Origin: Candidatus Buchananbacteria bacterium
GTDB taxonomy: Bacteria; Patescibacteriota; Patescibacteriia; 2-01-FULL-39-33
NCBI GenBank assembly: GCA_903888345.1
Contig: CAISTG010000007.1
Coordinates: 1,075 to 65,074 of the forward strand
Length of the DNA stretch: 64,000 nt
Direction of reading: 5' to 3'
The position numbers and the translations under genes were made by a program. A model generated the notes under the pieces. It ran no database searches, was not told where the DNA came from, and was given only the letters and a program-made list of their open reading frames with translations. Positions 1-10,006 of this stretch are shown here, piece after piece (within the stretch, counting starts at the first letter, position 1; each line of letters starts with the position of its first letter).

Positions 1-1
1 C

Positions 2-739
2 GGCTTATCCGACAAAGAAGCTAAAGTATATTTGGCGACCTTAGAATTAGGACAAGCGTCAGTTCAAGATATTTCCAAAAAGGCGAGCGTGAATCGTCCC
101 ACTACTTATGTAATCCTGGATTCCTTAATTAAAAAAGGTTTATGCAGCACTTATACCCATAAAGATAAAAAAGTTCGCTATATCGCGGAATCACCGGAAA
201 TGATTATTAGCGCCTTGGAATTAGAGAAAACAGAAATTGAAGAAAAACAGAAAAGAATTAATGATCTCATGCCACAGTTACGAGCGATTTATAACAAGCA
301 AGAAAATAAACCAGTAGTGAGATTTTTTGAAGGTAAAGAAGGCTTGCGAACCATGGTCCAAGAGCAGATGTCTACTAAGCCGGAAATCTTACGCTCCTTT
401 TATTCAATGGATGATTTGCGCAAAGTTTATTCGTCAGAAGAAATGAATAAGGCATATCAGGATCGGGTCTCCAGCAAAACTAAAAACAAGGCCATGTTCA
501 CCTTAAAGGAAGGCGAGGATCGTGCTAATCCTAGTTCCCTTGATGCCCGCATGAGAATTCCTGCCGATAAGTTTCCTATCAATTGCGATATTGCTTTTTT
601 TGATAATAAGGTCCGAATTGCCTCGCTTAAAGATAAGTTAAATGGCGTGATTATTGAGGATAAAAATATTTATGAAACTTTTGTATCGTTATTTGAATTG
701 GCCTGGATCGGTGCACAAAATCTGAATAAGAAAAAATAA
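2..739 (+). CDS. TrmB-family winged-helix transcriptional regulator, 5' partial (reading frame is open to the window edge; the track ORF starts at a TTG at 32)
   Basis: Frame 2 has no stop from nt 2. N-terminus LSDKEAKVYLATLELGQASVQDISKKASVNRPTTYVILDSLIKKGL matches the TrmB-type HTH. ~235 aa body follows. Confidence 0.6.
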   Translation, partial: GLSDKEAKVYLATLELGQASVQDISKKASVNRPTTYVILDSLIKKGLCSTYTHKDKKVRYIAESPEMIISALELEKTEIEEKQKRINDLMPQLRAIYNKQENKPVVRFFEGKEGLRTMVQEQMSTKPEILRSFYSMDDLRKVYSSEEMNKAYQDRVSSKTKNKAMFTLKEGEDRANPSSLDARMRIPADKFPINCDIAFFDNKVRIASLKDKLNGVIIEDKNIYETFVSLFELAWIGAQNLNKKK

Positions 740-756
740 CTAACATCAACTAAAAA

Positions 757-788
757 CGACCAGCCCGCAAGCTGGTCGTTTTGTATTG
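757..788. terminator. hairpin plus T-tract between convergent genes (bidirectional intrinsic terminator candidate)
   Basis: cgaccagc / gctggtcg stem with 6-nt loop, followed by ttttgtattg. Lies between the + TrmB-like gene and the - gene at 794..1102. Confidence 0.5.
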
Positions 789-793
789 CCGAA

Positions 794-1102
794 TTAAAAT
801 TTTTCTAAGCGCAGATTTTCTAAATCTGTCCCGCATAAATTGCAACTGTCCAAGCCAATATATACCTCTGTCTGGTCTACCGGAATTTCTAGTTTGGTTT
901 CTTCTAATATGTATTCCAGTCCCTCTTGATCAATGCCCTGCGTGAAGCCGCAGCCATGGCAAAATAAGGCCATTGTTGCTCCTTCTGCTAGAGTTGCTTT
1001 GATAGTATCAGGCTTAGGAAGGTGTCCTCCAGTAGCCGCCGGCCGGCGTACGCGGCCGAGCAGTTCGGCGGGAATTTTGTTATCTTGCTCGTTTGATTTC
1101 AT
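794..1102 (-). CDS. hypothetical small protein with zinc-ribbon-like CxxC...CxxC pairs
   Basis: 102-aa ORF with ATG start. Motifs CHGCG and CNLCG. Overlaps the upstream gene by 23 nt. No family recognised. Confidence 0.45.
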   Translation of the reverse strand: MKSNEQDNKIPAELLGRVRRPAATGGHLPKPDTIKATLAEGATMALFCHGCGFTQGIDQEGLEYILEETKLEIPVDQTEVYIGLDSCNLCGTDLENLRLEKF

Positions 1103-1676
1103 TTTTTTCTAATTTATATTTAAACCATTGTACAACGGCCAAGGCCTCGCTGGAAATAAAGTCTTTCCATTTAGCGCTTTCAGTTTTTGAATCAATGCCC
1201 TCGTAAATTATCAATTGATCCGCTTTGTATTCTGGCTTTTGCCAGCCAGAAGCATCCAGCGTCACTTCGATGTAAGAAATATCATCAAGATAGATTTTAA
1301 AATAGCCATCGACTCCCAGAGCATAGTCCATGGGTGAGCCGACCGCAGTATAAAATTTAACTTGATCGTAACTTATACCTTTAAATAAGTCTTTCTTGCC
1401 CGCTCTCTCAAAAATTTCTTGGCCTTGAGCAGTTAATATTTCCGCTATGGCACATTGAACTTGATAGGCAAAATCAGCCTCCGCATCGGTCGGCTCTGAA
1501 CCTTCTGGTTGGTTGGCTTCGACTAAGCGATACATTTCACCTTTCGACATTCTGAATTTGTCATAGTTGTTTTTCCAGTATTCGAAGGAGATTCGTTTTG
1601 GCTCAGCCACTTCTCCGAGTAGTTCTGCTTCAATTTGATTGCCGGTATAGCCGTAATCTCGTTTTACAAAGCCCAT
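1080..1676 (-). CDS. hypothetical protein
   Basis: 198-aa ORF with ATG start, 10 nt downstream of the LCP gene on the same strand. No recognisable motif. Confidence 0.5.
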   Translation of the reverse strand: MGFVKRDYGYTGNQIEAELLGEVAEPKRISFEYWKNNYDKFRMSKGEMYRLVEANQPEGSEPTDAEADFAYQVQCAIAEILTAQGQEIFERAGKKDLFKGISYDQVKFYTAVGSPMDYALGVDGYFKIYLDDISYIEVTLDASGWQKPEYKADQLIIYEGIDSKTESAKWKDFISSEALAVVQWFKYKLEKNEIKRAR

Positions 1677-1686
1677 ATTTTTATAA

Positions 1687-3288
1687 TTATTTACCTAAGA
1701 TGATCAAAATGTCTGACGTTGACTTCAAACCAGTGGGAGGCGTTGAAACTTTAACGCCGTAAATCGCTTGCAATTCAGAAATGGTTAATTGGTTTTTGCC
1801 ACCACTATAATCATAAATCTTGACGCTAGTGTAGCCCTTCGAGGCTGAATTGCCGGCGCCAGAAACAGTGAAGCCTTTAGCTCGAAGAGCGGCCGCTTCT
1901 TTGCTGGCCCAACCCTCGATAACCGTGCCATTTAAGACTTGAATGCTTGCCTTTTCATTTTGGTAGGTTAATTCTTTATCGGCTGATGGTTCTAGACTGG
2001 GAACCTCGGTGGTGGTATTAATTTGATTATTCACACTAGTAGGTGTCGTGGTAGCAGTACTAGTGGTAGTTGATTTGCTGGTAGAAGTGGCTGGCGTAGT
2101 GCTAATATTCTTGAATTCGGCCCACTTGGTTTGATCAATGGCAATCGTTGAGGTGCCCATGGTGAAGATGTTGTCAAAAACATAACTGATTTTATCGTAA
2201 TTGCCGCCATAAGGCAAGAGCACATAAGCGCCATTAGCCATCTGATCGTAAAGTAGGGGATTTTTGCCGTCTACTAGACTATAGGTAATTGGATGTTCGT
2301 AATCAACTTTGTCAGCGAACTTTAATAATTTCAACATTTCCCAAAGTTGTAAATTGGTATGTACATTTTTATTGTAGGAATCAAGCAAGCTAGAAATCTT
2401 CGTTGGATTGAGAGCAAAGTTGTATTTGAGGATTTTATCTTTCAGAGCTAATAAGATTTTTTGTTGGCGTTTGGAACGCGCAAAATCAGAACCTTCACCG
2501 CCCAAACCATGGCGGGAACGCGCATACTTCAGAGCAGTGGCGCCATCGAAATGATGCCAGCCAGTTTTAATCACTAACCTTTCGAAACGTGATTCGATTG
2601 GATAAGCATCCTCACGGCCGCGAATCGGATAAGCATTATCAATTAAATCATTATCAACGTAAACATCGATGCCACCGAATTCATCAATTAGCTTTTCAAA
2701 ACCATCAAAGTCAATTACGGCGTAATATTGGATATCGGTTTTGAGTAGATCGCTTAAAAAGGTGCGCGTGGCTTCACCGCCGGAATTTGGTTCTTTTCTT
2801 TCCGCATAAGCATTGATCGCGTTAATTTTGACCCAGCCCAAGTTCTGTGCCTTGACGTATAAATCACGAGGGATCGACATCATGGCAATTTGATTGGTTG
2901 ATGGCTTCAGTGACCCCATAATAATAGTATCGGCGAGAGTGCCACCCTCATGATCCTGGCCACCAATACCGATGAGGGCAAAGTTAATACGATCATTAGC
3001 TTCACCTTGCAGGGAGCGGTCTCCAGAAACAATTAAGCCACTGACTTGACCCAAAAAGTTTAAACTACTGAGGTTTTTGATCAAATTCTCATTAGAAAAG
3101 GCCACCGATGAGGCAAAAACCGTAAAAGCAATGACTGCCACAATTACTAGGCTGGCCAAAAGTTTCTTGATTTTTCTGCCCCGGCTCGGTTTTCTTATTT
3201 TTGTCGCCTCCGGCTTGGTAAAATTGACGGAATCGTCGTTATGTGGTGGGGTATTAGCAATAAAGTTAATTTTAACTTGGTCGGACAT
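1687..3288 (-). CDS. LytR-CpsA-Psr (LCP) family cell-envelope phosphotransferase with N-terminal TM anchor, Thr/Ser-rich linker and LytR_C-like C-terminal domain
   Basis: 533 aa. TM segment LLASLVIVAVIAFTVFASSVAF. LCP core FALIGIGGQDHEGGTLADTIIMGSL...IAMMSIPRDLYV. Linker TSTSKSTTTSTATTTPTS. Confidence 0.8.
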   Translation of the reverse strand: MSDQVKINFIANTPPHNDDSVNFTKPEATKIRKPSRGRKIKKLLASLVIVAVIAFTVFASSVAFSNENLIKNLSSLNFLGQVSGLIVSGDRSLQGEANDRINFALIGIGGQDHEGGTLADTIIMGSLKPSTNQIAMMSIPRDLYVKAQNLGWVKINAINAYAERKEPNSGGEATRTFLSDLLKTDIQYYAVIDFDGFEKLIDEFGGIDVYVDNDLIDNAYPIRGREDAYPIESRFERLVIKTGWHHFDGATALKYARSRHGLGGEGSDFARSKRQQKILLALKDKILKYNFALNPTKISSLLDSYNKNVHTNLQLWEMLKLLKFADKVDYEHPITYSLVDGKNPLLYDQMANGAYVLLPYGGNYDKISYVFDNIFTMGTSTIAIDQTKWAEFKNISTTPATSTSKSTTTSTATTTPTSVNNQINTTTEVPSLEPSADKELTYQNEKASIQVLNGTVIEGWASKEAAALRAKGFTVSGAGNSASKGYTSVKIYDYSGGKNQLTISELQAIYGVKVSTPPTGLKSTSDILIILGK

Positions 3289-3528
3289 GGTGATTAAATT
3301 AAATATTCTTAAAAAACGCCAACAGTTTGTGGTTATTTAGGCGTTAAAGTTGGCTGATAAATCAATTGTTATTATATCAGATATTTGGCATATCGCCAAG
3401 TTTGATCAATTGAGGTCAATTGGTGGTGGTTACCCCTTGATTTTATCTTGCCTTTTATGTTATTATTATATTAGTTATCAACAGGTTATGAGAGTCGATA
3501 TACTAATTTAAAATTTAGATATTTTTTC

Positions 3529-4122
3529 ATGGACAACTTATTAAGTAGTAACTTACCTCAAGAGAGTAAGTCAAAATGGCAGGCTATTTCTGAATTTTTC
3601 TGGGAAATGGTTCGGGTCGCCATTATATCACTGGTCATTATCTTACCGGTTCGCTATTTTTTGATCCAACCCTTTTATGTTAAAGGAGCTTCAATGGAGC
3701 CGAATTTTTTTGATCATGAATATCTGATTATTGATGAAATCGGCTATCGTTTTACGCCACCACAACGTGGAGATATTGTGGTCTTTAAATATCCTAAGGA
3801 TCCGAAACAATACTTCATTAAGCGTGTAATCGGCTTGCCCGGGGAAAAGATTAAAGTCCAGAATAATGCCATTTATGTTAATGGTACTAAATTAAACGAG
3901 TCCTATTTACCAGCAACCACCGAAACTTTACTGCCTTTACGTGGCTATGGTGATATTACTCTAGCAAATGACGAATATTTTTTATTAGGAGATAATCGAG
4001 AGCAAAGTTTGGATTCCCGAATTTTTGGACCAGTGCAAAGAGATTTTATTGTCGGTCGCACCTGGATTCGAGGTTGGCCCTTTAACCGGGTAACTGTTTT
4101 TGATCGTCCTAATTATCAATAA
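3529..4122 (+). CDS. lepB: signal peptidase I
   Basis: 197 aa. N-terminal TM. Catalytic Ser motif GASMEP. Box D/E GDNREQSLDSRIFGPV. Confidence 0.85.
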   Translation: MDNLLSSNLPQESKSKWQAISEFFWEMVRVAIISLVIILPVRYFLIQPFYVKGASMEPNFFDHEYLIIDEIGYRFTPPQRGDIVVFKYPKDPKQYFIKRVIGLPGEKIKVQNNAIYVNGTKLNESYLPATTETLLPLRGYGDITLANDEYFLLGDNREQSLDSRIFGPVQRDFIVGRTWIRGWPFNRVTVFDRPNYQ

Positions 4123-4165
4123 ATCAATCCTGATCGGATTTAAAAATTTTCAACTTTAATTTAAT

Positions 4166-5680
4166 ATGCCACGCATGAAAAAAACAATGATTGAAGAAGT
4201 ACCCAAAAAGAAAACAAGTCGCGGTAAGAAAGAAATTATTACCGTTACTGGTATGAGGGATATTTTGCCGCAAGACCAGAAATACTGGCAAGCGGTTTAT
4301 AATTCCACCAAAAAAATCGCCAATGATTACGGTTATGGCTTGATTGATACGCCAATTTTGGAATACGCTGAACTGTATGTTAAAAGTACCGGCAAACAAA
4401 CTGATCTTGTTGAAAAGGAGATGTATTCTTTTACTGATCAGGGAGGTGACTTTTTGGCCGCTAGACCAGAAGGAACTCCGGGAGTGGTTCGAGCTTATAT
4501 CCAGCATGGCATGGTTAATTTACCGCAGCCAGTTAAGATGTTTTATCATGGTCCGATGTTTCGACATGAAAAGCCTCAGACCGGACGTTATCGCCAATTG
4601 CATCAAGCGGGATTTGAAGCAATCGGTGAAGATGGTCCAACTCTTGATGCCCAGTTAATTTTGATGGGTTATAATATTATGAATGATCTTGGTGTCGATG
4701 TTGTTGTTCAAGTTAATTCAATTGGTTGCGTTAATTGCCGCGAAGAATATAAGAAGGCTTTAGTTAAATATTATAAGCAACACAGTAAGGTCTTGTGCGA
4801 AAATTGCTTATTGCGCATGAATAAGAATCCGATGCGCTTATTGGATTGTAAGGAACTAGGCTGTCAGCCGATCAAGGAGGAAGCACCGCAGATTTTGGAT
4901 TATTTGGATGATGATTGCAAAAAGCATTTCATGAAGGTTCTAGAATATTTGGATGAGTTGAATCTTCCTTATAACTTGAATCCACGAATCGTTCGTGGCC
5001 TTGATTATTATAACCGTACCGTTTTTGAGTATTGGTCTGCCGATGACATTGAGGGCAAAAGCGCTTTGGGCGGTGGCGGTCGTTTTGATGGCTTAGTCGA
5101 GTTAATGGGTGGTCGTGAGAACACCCCGGCCTGTGGTTTTTCTTTAGGAGTTGATCGCGTCGTGGCGAAACTAAGAGAAAAAGAAACTATAGTGCCAGAT
5201 GATTATCAACCCGATATCTTCTTTGCTCAGTTAGGTGAGAGCGCCAAGAAGCAAGCGATTGTTTTGTATGAAAGTTTGAGGAAGAAATTCAAAATGTCGC
5301 AAGCCTTTTATAAGGATAGCTTAAAGGCACAACTAGAATCTGCTAATCGCTTTAAAGTTAAATACTGTTTGATCCTGGGTCAGAAAGAAGTTAATGAGGA
5401 TACGATCATGTTGCGCGATATGAATGGTGGTGTCCAAGAAATTATTGGTTTAGGAAAGCTAGAAGCAGAATTGATTAAACGCTTAGAGAAGTATACTAGC
5501 GAAGATGGCGTCGAGATTATTGATACTGATGAAACCCGCGCCGCTTTGGTTAGCAAGAAACGTCCGCACACTCAAGAACGTGATACTGAAGAAAATAATC
5601 TAGATGATATTGGAGATTTGAGCAGCGGCTTTACGGCCATCGAGGATGAAGTTGAAGCCGGTACTCCCGACGACTACTAA
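4166..5680 (+). CDS. hisS: histidine--tRNA ligase with Cys4 zinc-ribbon insertion and acidic C-terminal tail
   Basis: 504 aa. Class II motifs. HIS-A GGGGRFDGL. HIS-B ACGFSLGVDR. Insertion CVNC...CENC. C-terminal Asp/Glu-rich ~60 aa. Confidence 0.9.
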   Translation: MPRMKKTMIEEVPKKKTSRGKKEIITVTGMRDILPQDQKYWQAVYNSTKKIANDYGYGLIDTPILEYAELYVKSTGKQTDLVEKEMYSFTDQGGDFLAARPEGTPGVVRAYIQHGMVNLPQPVKMFYHGPMFRHEKPQTGRYRQLHQAGFEAIGEDGPTLDAQLILMGYNIMNDLGVDVVVQVNSIGCVNCREEYKKALVKYYKQHSKVLCENCLLRMNKNPMRLLDCKELGCQPIKEEAPQILDYLDDDCKKHFMKVLEYLDELNLPYNLNPRIVRGLDYYNRTVFEYWSADDIEGKSALGGGGRFDGLVELMGGRENTPACGFSLGVDRVVAKLREKETIVPDDYQPDIFFAQLGESAKKQAIVLYESLRKKFKMSQAFYKDSLKAQLESANRFKVKYCLILGQKEVNEDTIMLRDMNGGVQEIIGLGKLEAELIKRLEKYTSEDGVEIIDTDETRAALVSKKRPHTQERDTEENNLDDIGDLSSGFTAIEDEVEAGTPDDY

Positions 5681-5743
5681 ATTAAACTACAAAAGTTAGC
5701 AATTGCGCTTTTGGTTTAAATAAATATTAAAAAAGAAAGTGAG

Positions 5744-5998
5744 GTGAAATTTGTGGCAGAAGTAAAAAGAAAAAAAGGAGAAACTTTCGAGTCTTTAGTT
5801 AGACGTTTTTCTAAGAAGGTCCAGCAAAGCGGCCGTTTATTACAGGTGCGTAAAATCAGATTCAAGACGAAGCAAAAAAACAAAACCGCCGTCCGTTCTG
5901 CTGCTGCCCGACGACAGGAAATTACTGCTAAGAGAGAATATTTGAAGAAAATCGGCAAGCTTATTGAAGAACCAAAATACCAAAATCGAAAAAAGTAA
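5744..5998 (+). CDS. rpsU: 30S ribosomal protein S21 (GTG start)
   Basis: 84 aa, very basic. VKRKKGETFESLVRRFSKKVQQSGRLLQVRKIRF matches bS21. SD-like gaggtg just upstream. Confidence 0.8.
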   Translation: MKFVAEVKRKKGETFESLVRRFSKKVQQSGRLLQVRKIRFKTKQKNKTAVRSAAARRQEITAKREYLKKIGKLIEEPKYQNRKK

Positions 5999-6107
5999 TC
6001 TAAATCTTTAGATCTGGCGCCAAGCTAGTTTAGTAATAAACGAGGTTGGTGCCGCTGTGAAGAGTTAGTATTATGCTTTTAACTTTCAACTTTAAGACCA
6101 AAACAAT

Positions 6108-6563
6108 ATGTTGGATCAACAAATTAATCAGGCTTTTATGGAAGCCTACAAAGCTAAGGATGAATTTGCCGTCTCTATTTTAAGGATGATCAAAAGTTCG
6201 ATCATGAATAAGAAGATTGATAAGTTAATGCCGAAGGAAGAGGCTCTTGCTGATGAGGAAGTTTTGGCAGTTTTAAAATCTGAAGTTAAGAAGCGCTTAG
6301 ATTCCGTTACTTCCTATACTCAAGGTGGACGTAGCGACTTAGCCGAAACCGAACAAAAAGAAGCGGAGTTTATTAAGAAGTTTTTGCCCGAAGAAATGAC
6401 GGAAGAGGCGGTTAGAGAGATTGCTGTAGCGGTTATCACTGAAGTCGGTAATCCGGGAATGAGTGGTTTTGGTAAGATTATGGGAGCAGTGATGGCTAAA
6501 ACCAAAGGCGCTGCCGATGGTACTGTTGTTTCTAAGGTGGTTAAAGAAGAATTGGCGAAGTAA
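6108..6563 (+). CDS. yqeY: GatB/YqeY domain protein
   Basis: 151 aa. YqeY-like helical protein. rpsU-yqeY adjacency is a conserved gene pair. Confidence 0.7.
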   Translation: MLDQQINQAFMEAYKAKDEFAVSILRMIKSSIMNKKIDKLMPKEEALADEEVLAVLKSEVKKRLDSVTSYTQGGRSDLAETEQKEAEFIKKFLPEEMTEEAVREIAVAVITEVGNPGMSGFGKIMGAVMAKTKGAADGTVVSKVVKEELAK

Positions 6564-6573
6564 CTCCACCGTC

Positions 6574-6593
6574 ATTCCCGCGTCGGCGGGAAT
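6574..6593. repeat. perfect 8-bp-stem palindrome attcccgc-gtcg-gcgggaat preceded by GTC, related to the GTCATTCCGG element family
   Basis: Seen directly: gtcattcccgcgtcggcgggaat starts 8 nt after the yqeY stop. No T-tract follows. Confidence 0.4.
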
Positions 6594-6748
6594 CCAGTGA
6601 ACAGACAGAGTATCGGTGATTGACGAAGTAGGGTTATAATTTTATCGTTGCGATTTCTTTAATGGGGGATCAAAAACGATTTCAATATAAAAATTAAGGA
6701 AGGTGACATTATGACAGGCTTTAACCGGCTGGTCATAAAACAAACAAT

Positions 6749-9700
6749 ATGAATAAAAAACGACTTTTTTCCATGCAAAGGTCGAGCAGCACCAAAAACA
6801 CTTTGGCGGTTTTTTTGGTGTTTTGTATTACTTTGCTTGGTTATGGTTTATTGGCGGTTCCGGCGCAAGCGGTCAGTCAGCTCGTTCCAACAATGGATCA
6901 GAGTTTTACTGGATCAGGTCTGCCAATGGTAAGCTTAACGGTGTTTATTGTTGGAATCATTCGTATTTTCTTTGGCTTGTTAGGCGTGATTGCTTTGGCA
7001 CTATTAATCTACGGAGGCGTGATCTGGATGACTTCAGCTGGTGATCCGGGTAAAGTTACAAAAGCTAAACAAATTATTTATAACACTGTTATTGGTTTAA
7101 TTGTTATCTTTTCGGCTTTTGCGATTTCTTCATTTTTAATTAATTTTTTAAGAGGTACGACTGGCACTGGAGGCACTGGTGGTGGCAATATCCCTGGTGG
7201 TATCGGCGATTTTGGTCGTTCTGGTATTGGCGCCGGTCCAATTGAAAGTGTTTACCCTCACCCCAATCAGATTAATGTCCCAATTAATTCGCGAATTGCT
7301 GTTACCTTTAAGGAGGCAATTATACCGAATAGTATTTGTGTTCCCGCTGGCAATGGCACTTGCGACGGTGGCGAAATGAAAAATATTAGTATCTGTGAAA
7401 TTTCCGCTACTAGTACTAATGCTGCTTGCTTGGGCGGGGTATATGATGTTGCTGCTTATGGTAGTACAACCGTGGCTCAAGTTTCTCCGACTGATTTCAA
7501 GACGTTCGTTTTTAGAACTAAGAAATATTTAGGTGCCGATGATGGTAAAACTCGTATTTTTAAAGTAGTTTTGGGTAATGGTATCATGGCCTCTTCGACC
7601 GGTAAATCAATTTTTACTGGTTATCGCTCCGATTCCTATGTTTGGTCTTTTAAGACTAACGGCGTTTTGGATCTAACACCGCCAGAAGTTGCGCAATTTC
7701 AAATTTATCCAAATCCTGATAATGTCGCCGACGATTACTTTGTTGATACTGCGGCTATTGCCGGTAATGCTCGTATTACAATGACTGGCCAGCCAACCGC
7801 TTATCATCCAGTAATGGTGCGAAATGCTGATACTGGTAAGGATATTCCATATTTTGCTAACGCATTAGTTAACGTCCCCTTAGCTACGACAACTAACGGC
7901 GAGTTAGCTACTGGATTTAAGTTGTATTTTAATGGAACGATTTATAGCTCAAGCACTGGTACAGCAGCTAAGAATTATGATTTTACTGTTAGTTCTGATG
8001 GTATGACGGCCAATTTAATTGGCGATTGGTCTGAATTGGGTGTTTCTGGTAACTCTTTGCCAATTCGAAGTCATCGACAAATCAGTACTAACGCCGGCTT
8101 TTCCTTGACGGCAACCGGAGACTTACCTCAGGCGAGTGGTTGGAGGTTAATTGTTACTCCCGAAACTCCTCTAACTCAGGCCAATACAATTATTTTTGCT
8201 AATGGTAGTACGACCTATCCTTTTGCTTATGTTTCTTTATCTCAATATGCTTATCCGAGTACGTTGACGGCCAAAGTTACACAACCAGATGGTTCGCTTG
8301 CGGTTAAGACGGTGAATACGATTGCGATTGGTCTTAATTCAGAAGCAACGATTGCCAATACGGTCAGTGCATTTAATCGAGTTTTAAGAACTTTAATTAC
8401 TGCTACCGCTACCGAGACAGGCGTTTCAATCGTCCCTGTTAGTGCTGGTCGGAACAGTTTAACTTTGACTGGTTTTGGCGTGGGAACAGCTAACTTATCT
8501 GGTACCGATCGCATCTCTGGGCGGCGCGCCTTGCCGGTTGGCACTAAACTCGATCCTTATAATAATTCAATTTTTAGAATAACTTTTACTGAAGCAATTG
8601 CGCCACTTAATCTTGATAATTCAATTATTGTTACTGTTAATGGCGTGGCTGTAAATGCTTCAACCACGATTACTAACGGCTATAGAACTATCGAATTAGC
8701 TGGAACAAAAAGTTGTGGCTTGGCTAATTCCTGTGGTCAACCGATGTATTGTTGGCTGGATCCAAATGCTTCTACTGGAAGTTCTAGTCCGGTTAGTATT
8801 GAAATTAAAGCGGCGCGTTTACGTTTTTGTATTAATGGTGATGAAACTCAACCAGCTAATTCTTGGTGTAGTAGTTTTGGCGGTTCTTGTAATTCAAATA
8901 ATGATAATGGCCGTTGTAAGTTGACCAGCGGCTTATATTACCCGCAAGCATTTTGGGTTGCTGATAATCTTGCGACATTACGAGGGTTGGTCACTGGCGA
9001 CGAGGGGATTGTGGCGGCGCAAAATTTAGGCGTGGTTGATATGGCGGAAAATTCCTTTAATGGTAGTTTTGATCAAGCACCAACGAGCAAGGGTTATTTA
9101 AGTGGCAACGCTCAAGGGCGATCGGGGAGTGGTTTTGGTATGGGTAATAGCGATTCCTATAGCGCCAACAGCCATTTGACCGACAATAAATTCAATTACG
9201 AACCAAGTACTGTTTATGGTGATAATTTTAAATGGTCTTTCTTTGTTTCGTCACAAATCGATACTGCTTCACCTTTAATAAAGACCTTAGAACCGGTAGG
9301 CGATTATGCCTTGGGTAATGCGGTTGGTGAAAGTTTTGGACAGCCGGTTAAATTGGTTTTTAACACTTTAATGCGTTTAAGCAGCTTGAAGGGTGGTTTC
9401 GGTTATGGTAAAAACCAAGCTGATCCGGCCTGGAATATTCGTTATTTATTATTGAATACTATCACTAAAAGCGCTAACCCCGTCGGTTATTGGGCGAGTT
9501 CTGCTGATGTTGATTTTGATCAAGATGGCCTAGCAGATTATACGTCTACTGATTTAAATCATAATCCCTTTGATCAATCTGTTAGTTATGGGCCAGTGGC
9601 CGGTTCTGGTATCCAATCGATCACGCAAAATTGTTTCTTGCCTGGTAATGGTCCGCAGGGTGCCGGCGCATCCACAACGGCACCGGGAGCACCACTTAAT

Positions 9701-9973
9701 TCTTGTAATTATACTGCCGGGGGAGACACCCGTGGCTGTGTTACAGATTCTAACATTACTGATAGGGCTAAAATAGTTACTTCGACCAACCCCTCTTCTT
9801 ATGGTTATATGAATTGTGCCGATATTAGTGGCGCGGTAACTTGTGCAAATTCTTGCAAGGTACATAATGCAACCTCTACTAACTCGGCAAATGGTAGTTG
9901 GATTGTCACTAAGGACAAGTCCAATTTAAATGGCACCGGCGCTACTGGTTGTTGTTTTGGCAAATGTATATAA
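6749..9973 (+). CDS. giant surface protein 1 (1074 aa): N-terminal two-helix pilin-like membrane module, Gly-rich linker, beta-rich repeats, Cys-rich C-terminus
   Basis: Long uninterrupted ORF. N-terminal module GLLGVIALALLIYGGVIWMTSAGDPGKVTKAKQIIYNTVIGLIVIFSAFA is shared with the next gene. Followed by GTTGTGGTGGGNIPGG. C-terminal Cys cluster. Confidence 0.8.
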   Translation: MNKKRLFSMQRSSSTKNTLAVFLVFCITLLGYGLLAVPAQAVSQLVPTMDQSFTGSGLPMVSLTVFIVGIIRIFFGLLGVIALALLIYGGVIWMTSAGDPGKVTKAKQIIYNTVIGLIVIFSAFAISSFLINFLRGTTGTGGTGGGNIPGGIGDFGRSGIGAGPIESVYPHPNQINVPINSRIAVTFKEAIIPNSICVPAGNGTCDGGEMKNISICEISATSTNAACLGGVYDVAAYGSTTVAQVSPTDFKTFVFRTKKYLGADDGKTRIFKVVLGNGIMASSTGKSIFTGYRSDSYVWSFKTNGVLDLTPPEVAQFQIYPNPDNVADDYFVDTAAIAGNARITMTGQPTAYHPVMVRNADTGKDIPYFANALVNVPLATTTNGELATGFKLYFNGTIYSSSTGTAAKNYDFTVSSDGMTANLIGDWSELGVSGNSLPIRSHRQISTNAGFSLTATGDLPQASGWRLIVTPETPLTQANTIIFANGSTTYPFAYVSLSQYAYPSTLTAKVTQPDGSLAVKTVNTIAIGLNSEATIANTVSAFNRVLRTLITATATETGVSIVPVSAGRNSLTLTGFGVGTANLSGTDRISGRRALPVGTKLDPYNNSIFRITFTEAIAPLNLDNSIIVTVNGVAVNASTTITNGYRTIELAGTKSCGLANSCGQPMYCWLDPNASTGSSSPVSIEIKAARLRFCINGDETQPANSWCSSFGGSCNSNNDNGRCKLTSGLYYPQAFWVADNLATLRGLVTGDEGIVAAQNLGVVDMAENSFNGSFDQAPTSKGYLSGNAQGRSGSGFGMGNSDSYSANSHLTDNKFNYEPSTVYGDNFKWSFFVSSQIDTASPLIKTLEPVGDYALGNAVGESFGQPVKLVFNTLMRLSSLKGGFGYGKNQADPAWNIRYLLLNTITKSANPVGYWASSADVDFDQDGLADYTSTDLNHNPFDQSVSYGPVAGSGIQSITQNCFLPGNGPQGAGASTTAPGAPLNSCNYTAGGDTRGCVTDSNITDRAKIVTSTNPSSYGYMNCADISGAVTCANSCKVHNATSTNSANGSWIVTKDKSNLNGTGATGCCFGKCI

Positions 9974-10006
9974 TTTTTAATAAGATAAAACTCTTATCTA
10001 TTTAAC

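Noticed and set aside
3077-3340. Overlapping ORFs 3077..3340 +, 2031..2234 -, 4124..4507 -, 4344..4658 +, 22253..22690 -, 22281..22580 +, 23104..23613 -
   Set aside because: Each lies inside or antisense to a well-supported gene (LCP, hisS, TSP3-repeat genes) and lacks any motif. They are treated as spurious.
6564-6748. Search for tRNA, rRNA or other structured RNA genes in the larger intergenic gaps (6564-6748, 24910-25019, 28407-28643, 39403-39521, 40152-40438, 42769-42895, 45029-45609)
   Set aside because: No cloverleaf hallmarks (GTTCGAATC-type T-arm, TAGCTCAG-type D-arm) or rRNA-like conserved stretches were seen by eye. tRNAscan or Infernal would be needed to be certain.
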